The translations under genes were made by a program, and so were the position numbers. The notes below the pieces were generated by a model. It was not told where the DNA came from. It ran no database searches and saw only the letters and a list, made by a program, of their open reading frames with translations. This document shows positions 50,610 to 61,853 of a DNA stretch of 64,000 bases, piece by piece. Source of the stretch: Haliotis rubra (lineage: Eukaryota); assembly GCF_003918875.1 (NCBI RefSeq), contig NW_025767227.1:310001-374000 (forward strand), given 5' to 3'. The stretch's first letter is position 1. Each line of letters begins with the position of its first letter.

Positions 50610-51736
50610 ATGTTGTTCTCTTCAGAGGTCGTGTACGTGCTTACCGGATGTGTCGTTACCATCGTCTGCGTCGTCGCATGGTACTACCGCCGTAACAAGT
50701 ACACTCTTCCTGAACTTCATTACGTGGACTCCGACCTTCATCGACACATCTTAAAACCAAACCTGGATTTACCTCCCCTTATCGGCCGCCATTTTGGTTA
50801 CAGAATAGCCACCTTCACACGATTATAGCAACGTTGGTGCCGAAAACCAAAGTTACCTTCAAGCGAGAGTACGTGGATCTAGATGACGGAGGTGTGGTTG
50901 CCTTGGACTGGGCACAGGGTGGCTCGGAACCTGTTTCAGACACAAGTACAATTGTTATAGTGGTGCCTGGTTTGACGGCCAGCGCTGAAGACATGAGCGA
51001 ACTGTGCAGCATGGCGTTAAAGCGAGGTTACCGAGTTGTGGTATTCAACAAACGTGGACACGGGGATTCAGTACTGGCGACACCTAGAATGCAAGGGTTT
51101 GGCGATCCTAAGGACATGAGGCACTGTGTGAAATATTTACGCCACAAGAATCCGGCAGCAAAGCTTGTAGCTGTAGGCTCCAGTGCAGGGTCGGGACTTC
51201 TTGCCTCCTATCTAGGTGAATACGGAGCTGACTGTATTATATCAACCTGTGTGGCCATATGTCCAGCATTCGATGCCTTGGACCTGTTTACAAAACCCTT
51301 AAACTTCATCTACCAATTTCTACTTCTTTCGTCTGTAAAGAAAATCTTGAAGAAACATTCCAAGGTGTTATCGCCATTACTTGATCTTGAAGCGGCCTAC
51401 AACGCAAAATGTTTCATGGATTTCGACACCCAAGTCTATTGCAAATTCTACGGGTATAAAGACGTCTTTGAGTACTGGAAGCATAACGATCCAATGAGAA
51501 ATATTCTCAATGTCTCGGTACCATTTATGTGTATAAATACCGGGGACGATCCCATTTCCCTCGCCAGGAATGTACCAGTCGCCATGTTTAAGGAGAATTC
51601 GAATTGGTTACTGGTGATGACGACCAAGGGAGGTCACTGCGGTTTGCTTGAAGAATCCACACTGGCGCCTTGGGCTGACCGACTGGCTCTTGATTACATC
51701 GACGCTGTGCTGGAGTTCAAAGGAGCTGACGAATAA
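50610..51736 (+). CDS. ABHD15: ABHD15-like alpha/beta hydrolase copy 3 (375 aa if one A is restored in the A4 run at 50753-50756)
   Basis: The N-terminus MLFSSEVVYV...WYYRRNKYTLP is in a frame offset by one base from ORF 50834-51736; the triad motifs are intact (GSSAG, DDP, GGHCGL). Confidence 0.8.
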
Positions 51737-51921
51737 TCATGGGGGATCAATCTGGACTTCGAAAACGTCGAAATTTGATTCAGTTCAATTTATTTAAATA
51801 TTCTTGTTGCATTTGATTTTAAAATGTTTTAAACAGCTTGCAACATTGAATGTGGTTCTGTTTAATTTGATATTTATTTTACGTTTATGTTTTCACGAGC
51901 CCAAAATACAACGATGTTCAC

Positions 51922-52612
51922 TTCCGACTCAGAGTGTCCTAAAGGACGGGTGCTAGAATGGGTGGGTCTTGTTCCGGACCAGAGTGTCCTAAAGGACGGG
52001 TGCTCGAATGGGTGGGTCTTGTTCCGGACCAGAGTGTCCTAAAGGACGGGTGCTCGAATGGGTGGGTCTTGTTCCGGACCAGTAGGTCCTACAGGACGGT
52101 TGCTAGAATGGGTGGGTCTTGTTCCGGTACAGAGTGTCCCAAAGGACGGGTGCTAGAATGGGTGGATCTTGTTCCGGACCAGTAGGTCCTAAAGGACGGG
52201 TGCTAGAATGGGTGGGTCTTGTTCCGGTATAGAGCGTCCTAAAAGACGGGTGCTAGAAGGGGTGGATCTTGTTCCGGACCAGTAGGTCCTAAGGGACGGG
52301 TGCTAGAATGGGTGGATGTTGTTCCGGAACAGTAGGTCCTAAAAGACGGGTTCTAGAATGAGTGGGTCTTGTTCTGGTACAGAGTGTCGGGTGCTAGAAT
52401 AGGTGGATCTTGTTCCGGACCAGTAGGTCCTAAAGGACGGGTGCTAGAATGGTCGGGTCTTGTTCCGGTACAGAGTGTCCTAAAGGACGGGTGCTGGAAT
52501 GGGTGGATCTTGTTCCGGTACAGAGTGTCCTAAAGGACGGGTGCAAGAATGGGTGGATCTTGTTCCGGTACAGAGTGTCCTAAAGGACGAGTGCTAGAAT
52601 GGGTGGGTCTTG
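51922..52612. repeat. 50-bp GC-rich minisatellite, about 13-14 copies, downstream of the ABHD copy 3 stop
   Basis: Unit ggtgggtcttgttccggaccagagtgtcctaaaggacgggtgctagaatg. Confidence 0.96.
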
Positions 52613-53273
52613 TGTTGCACGACTGCGCTGAACGAAGTTACCGATTTTGTACTGACGTGTGAGGTTTTTTGTTGCTGTGATAATTTAATATGCAACCTCA
52701 TGATTTGTTATGATTATACCATTTTAAAGAATTACACGCGGATTTCCACAGTGTACCTACTGTTTGCTTTTTCATGTTCCCTCTCAATAAACACGAAAAT
52801 GTTAGAATTAAGCTTGGTGTTCTTAATCATATTTCAAAAGGCCTTAACACGTGTTGCAGCTGGTATCATCACTATTTGATAGCGAGTCACAAACATATTC
52901 TCATGATATGGTCGAATATTACAGTCGACATTGTTTCAGTAGAGATTTCCTGTTATTATGGAAACTAGATGATTTATTCAGGTGTTTACAATGTATGACC
53001 TCAATAATTGGAGGCATTGGTTTTGAAAGATAACTGGACGCGATCATGTTTGGTGTGTGCTGCTTTACGCCATATTAAGCAATAACCCAGCCGTATGACG
53101 ACAGTAAGTCGACACCTCAGTAGTCGACATCATGAGTACGCGACTGGGATACGACGACATCCACAACCAATCCACTTAGTCGCCTCTTGTGACAAGTATA
53201 GTTTGGTTGTCAAGTTAAATTTCTAAACCGCAATTTCTATGAGAGTGTTCCCTTTGAGGTATTACTCCCATGT

Positions 53274-53438
53274 GGGGTGGTAGGACAGCCTAGTGGTGAA
53301 AGCGCTGGCTTGTAACACCGAAGACCCGGGTTCGATTCCCCACATGGGTACAATGTGTGAAGCCCGTTTCTGATGTCCCCCGCCGTGATGTTGCTGGAAT
53401 ATTGCTAACAGCGGCGTAAAACTAAACTCTCATTCACT
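53274..53438 (+). mobile_element. SINE family A
   Basis: Family consensus. Confidence 0.87.
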
Positions 53439-53975
53439 ACTGCCAAGTCTTGCTGCTGATAAATTAACCTCTTAATTTAATTGTCTTGTTTGTTGTTCAT
53501 ACGACACAAATAATGAACAACGTTTTTTAATTCCCTATGTGGAAAAAGTAAAAAGTGGGGAGTGAAGAAATTGGAAAATAGTATTAAAAGTCGCTAGGGA
53601 GATGAGAGGTTTGTGTATATCTGTAGGAGCGTGTAACCCTTGTATGCAGTCTCTGACGAGAAATGAATATAGAAATCAATATTAAACTCAAACTTAGTAG
53701 ACAATTTGAGTTTGGTATATATTATTACTTAAGTTGTTTGGGCTTTTTTTATTTAAAAAATGCAGTTGAGTTAAAAATTCAGCTGTTTCAAATTGTCAAA
53801 CTCAGTTTGAAATTTGAGTAAAAACTTAAGTTTGTTTCGAGAAATCGGGGCCAGAGGTTTGTGTATATCTGTAGGAGCGTGTAACCCTTGTAAGCAGTCT
53901 CTCACGAGAAATGAATATAGCTACGTATCCTTCCTACGCGCAATGATACGTTGTCCGATTTCATCCAACCACAGC

Positions 53976-54143
53976 GGGGGCGGTGGGGTAGTCTAGTGGT
54001 TAAAGCGTTGGCTCGTCACGCTGAAGACCCGGGTTCGAATCCTCACATGGGTACAATGAGTGAAGCCCATTTCTGGTGTCCCCCGCCGTGATATTGCTGG
54101 AATATTGCTAAAAGCGGCGTAAAAGCAAAACTCAGTCAGTCAG
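53976..54143 (+). mobile_element. SINE family A
   Basis: Family consensus; TSD ccaaccacagc. Confidence 0.92.
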
Positions 54144-54710
54144 CCAACCACAGCCACAGGCTAAACAATCGAATTTATGCACGTTAAACATTGCATTCAG
54201 CTGAATTAATTCAATCGATGAAATATACACATCAACCCATGTCTCGTAGTGATGTCAGAACTGACTTGTATCTGTCATACTGTCTGAGGCCTGTGTAAAA
54301 TGTTAGTTATATTTCAGTTAGTTTTTTGTAAGTTAATGTATTGCATATTCCTTAAAATAAGTCGCTCGACTGAGGTTGCAGTGTTTACACACTCACCTCA
54401 CACGTGTTGCGCGTTGTAAGAGTCCATCAGTCATGTTATCTCATGCTATCTTTCTGTTTTTCACTAAGGCTTGTCCACGGGGTAGTAGGGTGACGAGCCT
54501 GTGTCATAACGGTCCTTCTCACTAAATATCGAAAAGATGATAACATGCGGCAATTGACATGTTTTCTTTTATAACCTACGTTCATGTCAATGGTCCTCTC
54601 ATTGAGCCCGCAACCTGACTAGGTTATCTTCTCCAATGGTGTCGTCCGTCTGAACCCGACTTTTTTGTAATTTAACTGCTGTTAATAAGGAGATATAGCT
54701 CATGTGTAGC

Positions 54711-54900
54711 TGACAGGCTCCATGGTGCATTGGAGACAGCGCCTGCCTGTAGAGTGGAAAGCAGGTGGTTCGATCCCCAGCCGGGCCAAGGTTCAAACAT
54801 GGCACCTAGCGCTTGGCATTGAGGGGATGAAACGGTGACTGGCCCGCTTGGAAATGGTATAGTCTGTATGAGTAGGGGATCTTGGTATACTGCGTCATTA
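54711..54900 (+). mobile_element. Diverged tRNA-headed SINE (family C-like)
   Basis: GGTTCGATCCCC B box followed by gcgcttggcatt, similar to family C. Confidence 0.5.
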
Positions 54901-54982
54901 TAAGGGGTGAGGGGGTGGGGTGGGGGAGAGCACACACACATACATGCACGCGCGCTAACACACACGCTCTCTCTCACCAACA

Positions 54983-57900
54983 GGACAGTCGTAGGGCTAA
55001 GATGATAGTAACTCTTCTACTTTAACACATTTTTACCACATTACGACAGTCGTAGCACTAAGGTGACAGTAACGCTTCTACTTTAACACAGGTTTAGGAC
55101 AGTCGTAGCACTAAGGTGACAGTAAGTCTTCTACTTTAACACAGGTTTAGGACAGTTGTAGCGCTAAAAAAACTAACTCTTCTACTTTAACACATGTTTA
55201 CGACAGTCGTAGCGCTAAGGTGATAGTAACTCTTCTACTTTAACACAGGTTTAGGACAGTCGTAGCGCTAAAAAAAGTAACTCTTCTACTTTAACACAGG
55301 TTTACGACAGTCGTAGCGCTAAGGTGAAAGTAACTGTTCTACTTTAACACAGTCAGGTTTAACTCTTCTACAGGTTTACGACAGTCGCGCTAAGGTGATA
55401 GTAACTCTTCTACTTTAACACAGGTTTAGGACAGTCTAAAAGCTCTTCTACTTTAACACAGGTTTACGACAGTAACTGTTCTACTTTAACACAGGTTTAG
55501 GACAGTTGTAGCGCTAAGGTGATAGTAACTCTTCTACTTTAACACAGGTTTACGACAGTCGTAGCGCTAAGGTGATTAGTAACAGTTCTAGCACAGGTTT
55601 AGGACAGTTGTAGCGCTAAAAATAACTCTTCTACTTTAACACAGTCGTTTACGAAATTACGACAGTCGTAGCGCTAAGGTGACAGTAACTCTTCTAATTT
55701 AACACATATTTACGACAGTCGTAGCGCTAAGGTGATAATAACTCTTCTACTTTAACACAGGTTTACGACAGTCGTAGCGCTAAGGGTGATAGTAACTCTT
55801 CTACTTTAACACATATTACGACAGTCGTAGCGCTAAGGTGACAATAACTCTTCTACTTTAACACATATTTACGACAGTCGTAGCGCTAAGGTGACAGTAA
55901 CTCTTCTACTTTAACACATATTTACGACAGTCGTAGCGCTAAGGTGACAGTAACTCTTCTACTTTAACACAGGTTTACGACATTACGACAGTCGTAGCGC
56001 CAAGCGCTAAGGTGACTTTAACACAGGTTTACGATTTACGACAGTCGTAGCGCTACGACAGTAAGTCTTCGCTAACATATTTACGACAGTCGTAGCGCTA
56101 AGGTGACTAACTCTTCTACTTAAACAGGGTTTACGACAGTCGTAGCGCTAGGGTGATAGTAACTCTTCTACTTTAACACATATGTACGACAGTCGTAGCG
56201 CTAAGGTGACAATAACTCTTCTACTTTAACACATATTTACGACAGTCGTAGCGCTAAGGTGACAGTAACTCTTCTACTTTAACACATATTTACGACAGTC
56301 GTAGCGCTAAGGTGACAGTAACTCTTCTACTTTAACACAGGTTTACGACATTACGACAGTCGTAGCGCTAAGGTGACAGTAACTCTTCTACTTTAACACA
56401 GGTTTACGACAGTCGTAGCGCTAAGGTGACAGTAACTCTTCTACTTTAACACAGGTTTACGACAGTCGTAGCGCTAAGGTGATAGTAACTCTTCTACTTT
56501 AACACAGGTTTAGGACAGTTGTAGCGCTAAAAAAACTAACTCTTCTACTTTAACACAGGTTTACGACAGTCGTAGCGCTAAGGTGATAGTAACTCTTCTA
56601 CTTTAACACAGGTTTACGACAGTCGTAGCGCTAAGGTGACAGTAACTCTTCTACTTTAACACAGGTTTACGACAGTCGTAGCGCTAAGGTGACAGTAACT
56701 CTTCTACTTTAACACAGGTTTACGACAGTCGTAGCGCTAAGATGATAGTAACTCTTCTACTTTAACACAGGTTTACGACAGTCGTAGCGCTAAGGTGACA
56801 GTAACTCTTCTACTTTAACACAGGTTTACTCTTCTACTTTTAACACAGGTTTACGACAGTCGTAGCGCTAAGGTGATAGTAACTCTTCTACTTTAACACA
56901 GGTTTACGACAGTCGTAGCGCTAAGGTGACAGTAACTCTTCTACTTTAACACAGGTTTACGACAGTCGTAGCGCTAAGGTGACAGTAACTCTTCTACTTT
57001 AACACATGTTTACGACAGTCGTAGCGCTAAGGTGACAGTAACTCTTCTACTTTAACACAGGTTTACGACAGTCGTAGCGCTAAGGTGATAGTAACTCTTC
57101 TACTTTAACACATATTTACGACAGTCGTAGCGCTAAGGTGACAGTAACTCTTCTACTTTAACACAGGTTTACGACAGTTGTAGCGCTAAAAAATAACTCT
57201 TCTACTTTAACACATATTTACGACAGTCGTAGCGCTAAGGTGACAGTAACTCTTCTACTTTAACACATTTTACGACAGTCGTAGTAGCGCTCGTAGCGCT
57301 TCTGACTTTAGTAACTCTTCTACTTTAACACAGGTTTACGACATTACTTTACACAGTCGTAGCGCTAAGGTGACAGTAACTCTTCTACTTTAACACATAA
57401 CACAGGTTTACGACAGTCGTAGCGCTAAGGTGATAGTAACTCTTCTACTTTAACACAGGTTTAACACATATTTACGACAGTCGTAGCGCTCGTAAGGTGA
57501 CAATAACTCTTCTACTTTAACACAGGTGACAGTAACTCTTCTACTTTAACTCTTCTACTTTAACACATATGTACGACAGTCGTAGCGCTAAGGTGACAAT
57601 AACTCTTCTACTTTAACACATATTTACGACAGTCGTAGCGCTAAGGTGACAGTAACTCTTCTACTTTAACACATATTTACGACAGTCGTAGCGCTAAGGT
57701 GACAGTAACTCTTCTACTTTAACACAGGTTTACGACATTACGACAGTCGTAGCGCTAAGGTGACAGTAACTCTTCTACTTTAACACAGGTTTACGACAAT
57801 CGTAGCGCTAAGATGATGGTTACTCTTCTACTTTAACACATATTTACGACAGTCGTAGCGCTAAGGTGACAGTAACTCTTCTACTTTAACACAGGTTTAG

Positions 57901-59180
57901 GACAGTTGTAGCGCTAAAAAAAACTAACTCTTCTACTTTAACACAGGTTTACGACAGTCGTAGCGCTAAGGTGATAGTAACTCTTCTACTTTAACACAGG
58001 TTTAGGACAGTTGTAGCGCTAAAAAAAGTAACTCTTCTACTTTAACACAGGTTTACGACAGTCGTAGCGCTAAGGTGATAGTAACTGTTCTACTTTAACA
58101 CAGGTTTACGACAGTCGTAGCGCTAAAAAAAGTAACTCTTCTACTTTAACACAGGTTTACAACAGTCGTAGCGCTAAGGTGATAGTAACTGTTCTACTTT
58201 AACACAGGTTTAGGACAGTCGTAGCGCTAAGGTGATAGTAACTCTTCTACTTTAACACAGGTTTAGGACAGTTGTAGCTCTAAGGTGATAGTAACTCTTC
58301 TACTTTAACACAGGTTTACGACATTACGACAGTCGTAGCGCCAAGGTGACGGATAACACTTCTACTTTAACACATGTTTACGAAATTACGACAGTCGTAG
58401 CGCTAAGGTGACAGTAAGTCTTCTAATTTAACACATATTTACGACAGTCGTAGCGCTAAGGTGACAATAACTCTTCTACTTAAACACAGGTTTACGACAG
58501 TCGTAGCGCTAGGGTGATAGTAACTCTTCTACTTTAACACATATGTACGACAGTCGTAGCGCTAAGGTGACAATAACTCTTCTACTTTAACACATATTTA
58601 CGACAGTCGTAGCGCTAAGGTGACAGTAACTCTTCTACTTTAACACATATTTACGACAGTCGTAGCGCTAAGGTGACAGTAACTCTTCTACTTTAACACA
58701 GGTTTACGACATTACGACAGTCGTAGGGCTAAGGTGACAGTAACTCTTCTACTTTAACACAGGTTTACGACAATCGTAGCGCTAAGATGATGGTTACTCT
58801 TCTACTTTAACACATATTTACGACAGTCATAGCGATAAGGTGATAGTAACTCTTCTACTTTAACACAGGTTTAGGACAGTTGTAACGCTAAGGTGACAGT
58901 TACACTCCTAATTTAACACGTTTACGACATTACGACAGTCGTAGCGCTGAGTTGACTGATAACACTTCTACTTTAACACATGTTTACGAGCTTACGACAG
59001 TCGTAGCGCTAAGGTGATAGTAACTGTTCTACTTTAACACAGGTTTACGACATTACGACAGTTGAAACACTAAGGCAATTGTAAGTTCCTTACTGTAACA
59101 CAGAGCTATGACAGTCGCATACCTGAGGTCATCGTGACCCTCTTACTTTAACATAGACTACCGACAGTCGCAGCCCTGAG
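54983..59180. repeat. 53-bp satellite, about 4.2 kb (roughly 78 copies)
   Basis: Unit acaggtttacgacagtcgtagcgctaaggtgacagtaactcttctactttaac. Confidence 0.97.
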
Positions 59181-59726
59181 ATCGCTTCGTGCAACAGCCG
59201 CCGGGGTAGGGGTCCAAATTCCGAACTCGTATTCCAGGTTTGTGTATTCTGTTTTGAAAATTTTATAATTCAGAATCCTTCTCATATTTGAGTTATTTAC
59301 ACTCTCAACACAGAGAGGGTCAGGTGGTTATACGTTTGCTCGTCACGTCTTAGACCCGTGACACATATTCTACACAACGGTACCCAGCGTGAGACACGCT
59401 TCTGTCCCCGCCGTGATGTCATATTCATGAAGGTATAAAGGTCAATCGTCGTACGACACGAGTATCACCCACACAAAATCACTTTCGTAATAACACAGTG
59501 GAAAGGTACTGTACAGTCACTGGCCGGTCTCGTGTTATCTAACACAAGCTACAGTCCATGGTTTATCTGTCGTCACTCACGCCTGGCCATCGGTCAATGA
59601 GATGCCAAAGTCAAGAGCATCACACCACCATGTATAACAAGATATAAACGGTTGACAGGACAGAATGAGTTCAACCACGACGGCTCGCCTCTAGATACAG
59701 GTCAGTATCACTACTTACTGCACTGA

Positions 59727-59875
59727 CAGGCGCGTAGCAAGCCAATTTGTTCGTGTAAACCCGATAGGTTGCAAAGCTTTATATTTAGATAGTATTGAGG
59801 GCTTGCCCAACCCTTTTTATCAAAAATCATGTGTAAGCCCGGGCTTTTTTTTTCGTAATGATAGCTACGCCCCTG
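59727..59875. mobile_element. Small MITE, TIR cagg(c/g)gcgtagc
   Basis: 12-bp TIR with one mismatch; CAGG termini. Confidence 0.7.
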
Positions 59876-60852
59876 ACTTGTTCTACACAGTAAAACCGGA
59901 TCGAAGTAGACTGCCCGGCGAAAGAAAGTATGCCCCTATGTTCGATTGTGACTGAAATTAAAACTAACAAAAAATGGTTATTCGATGGTGATATAAGTGA
60001 AATAAATATTTGGACCTAGCAGTGTATCGGTGAATATTCTATGCCTGTTGAAATCAAGGGTAAAACTGTCGAAATTGTATCACAGTACAAATATAGTGGC
60101 ACTATTATCGGAAATAAACTACAGTCAGCTCCAAACACTGATTTTATTTTTAAGAAATGCCGGCAATGATTGTATTTTATGCGCAAACTGAGATCTTTCA
60201 TCGTAAGCAAAAAGGTGATGCTGATGGCCCTCGTAAAAGCAAATATCAACAAAATCATTTTAATTGCAAGTAAAATATCTGGTGTGTTTCGGATTTCTTT
60301 CTCTTTATAATTCCAGTGTTCTTAATATCGCTGAATGAAGTTTATCTGATTCCAGACACGTTTTATTTTCTGAATATAATCTTTCACCTTCAGGCAGCCG
60401 ATACCAAATGCCCCGTTTTAAAGCAAAAAATGTTCAAAATTCTTCTATTCCAGCAAGTATTCGCCTTTTAAATGACTGTTAACTTTGTTTCTCTGTTGTA
60501 TTGTTTTGTGTTTTCTTAACTACAAAATGTTTGATATTTTAATGTTTAACTATGTGATAACTTTCAAATGTAAAAAGAATTCCCCTAGGGTAATAAAGTA
60601 CTGTCATTGTCATTGTCAAACAAATTCACGTTCATAATTTGGGGTTCGGACCTGATATTAACACATCTACTTTCATGTGCCCGGCATGGTTGATACTAAA
60701 TCATCTTGATATAGATGGAACATTGCTGCATGTCGTTAACTGATAAATTTTATGAAAGAATTTTATGAATATCTTTGGGTTCGAAACTGTGTGAAACATA
60801 GGATGTATACACGTTTGTATTCCCGTACACCCTATTAATTCAAATAAGTCCA

Positions 60853-61100
60853 GCCCGGGAAGATCCTGGTGAGAATTGATCTTCAGTAACCCATGCTTCT
60901 CGTAAAAGGCGACTAACGGGATCGGGTGGTCAGGCTCGCTGACTTGGTTGACACATGTCATCGGTTCCCAATTGCGTAGATCGATGCTCATGTTGTTGAT
61001 CACTGGATTGTCTTGTCCAGACTCGATTATTGAACGACCGCCGCCATATAGCTGTAATATTGCTGAGTGCGGCGTAAAACTAAACTCTCTAACACTCACT
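60853..61100 (+). mobile_element. SINE-like family B, full length
   Basis: Aligns end to end with 5858-6104. Confidence 0.9.
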
Positions 61101-61494
61101 TGAATGGGTTCGGATTGTCACAGTGTCTGATGACAAATGGACGGTAATGCAACGGAACATTTCCAGTGTTCTGGAGATATCCTTGGAATTGTGATCAGTG
61201 CTTGGTCTTCTGACTTGGGTTGTAATTGTTGATCTGATATTGCATATACAAGCTTGACATGAAAGGCAGCTACAATAGGAATACGACGACGCTCTTTGCC
61301 AATTATAGACTGAGGCAAATTAAATGGAGTCCTTGGCGTTACAACCTGTAAAAATATCATAAGTGCTTGACATTTGTACACGAGTACAAAGTACAAGGGG
61401 TATCAACACCTGATGACCTGATTATGGCTGCGATCTCGTTCTCAGTAGTGGTGATACTGTCATGTCAGTATGTTTCTCTGTAACATATTGCTGC

Positions 61495-61657
61495 GCGGCG
61501 GCCTAGTGGTTAAAGCGTTCGCTCGTCACGCTGAAGACCCGGGTTCGACTCCCCACATGGGTTAAATGTATGAAGCCCTTTTCTGGTGTTCCCTGCCGTG
61601 ATATTGCTGGAATAATGCAAAAGTGGCGTAAAACTAAACTCACTAGTACTCATTCAC
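61495..61657 (+). mobile_element. SINE family A
   Basis: Family consensus. Confidence 0.85.
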
Positions 61658-61853
61658 ATTTTGCGGTTCGCAGCGACAGGTCATATAGCTTCGAAACTAG
61701 TTGATACAGATGCTTTAATGTGATGACCCAATATTGAAAATAGTAGATTATAAACCAATTATATTTTACAGAGTCCCAAACACTTACGATTCTTTATTGT
61801 GGTTTTTAGTTAGGTTGGCATCTGTAAAACCCTTGACGATTGGATTCCCAACA

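Noticed and set aside
36215-50756. Programmed ribosomal frameshifting in the hydrolase copies
   Set aside because: The shifts differ in position and direction, share no slippery motif, and copy 4 is intact.
51922-52612. Tandem hammerhead ribozymes (GTCC-N4-GGAC resembles stem II)
   Set aside because: No CUGANGA before the stem and no GAAA after it.
61734-61853. 40-aa N-terminal extension of copy 4 (and ORF 50379 upstream of copy 3)
   Set aside because: The copy 4 extension starts at a non-ATG codon; both cross probable splice acceptors, and the paralogs start at the aligned ATG.
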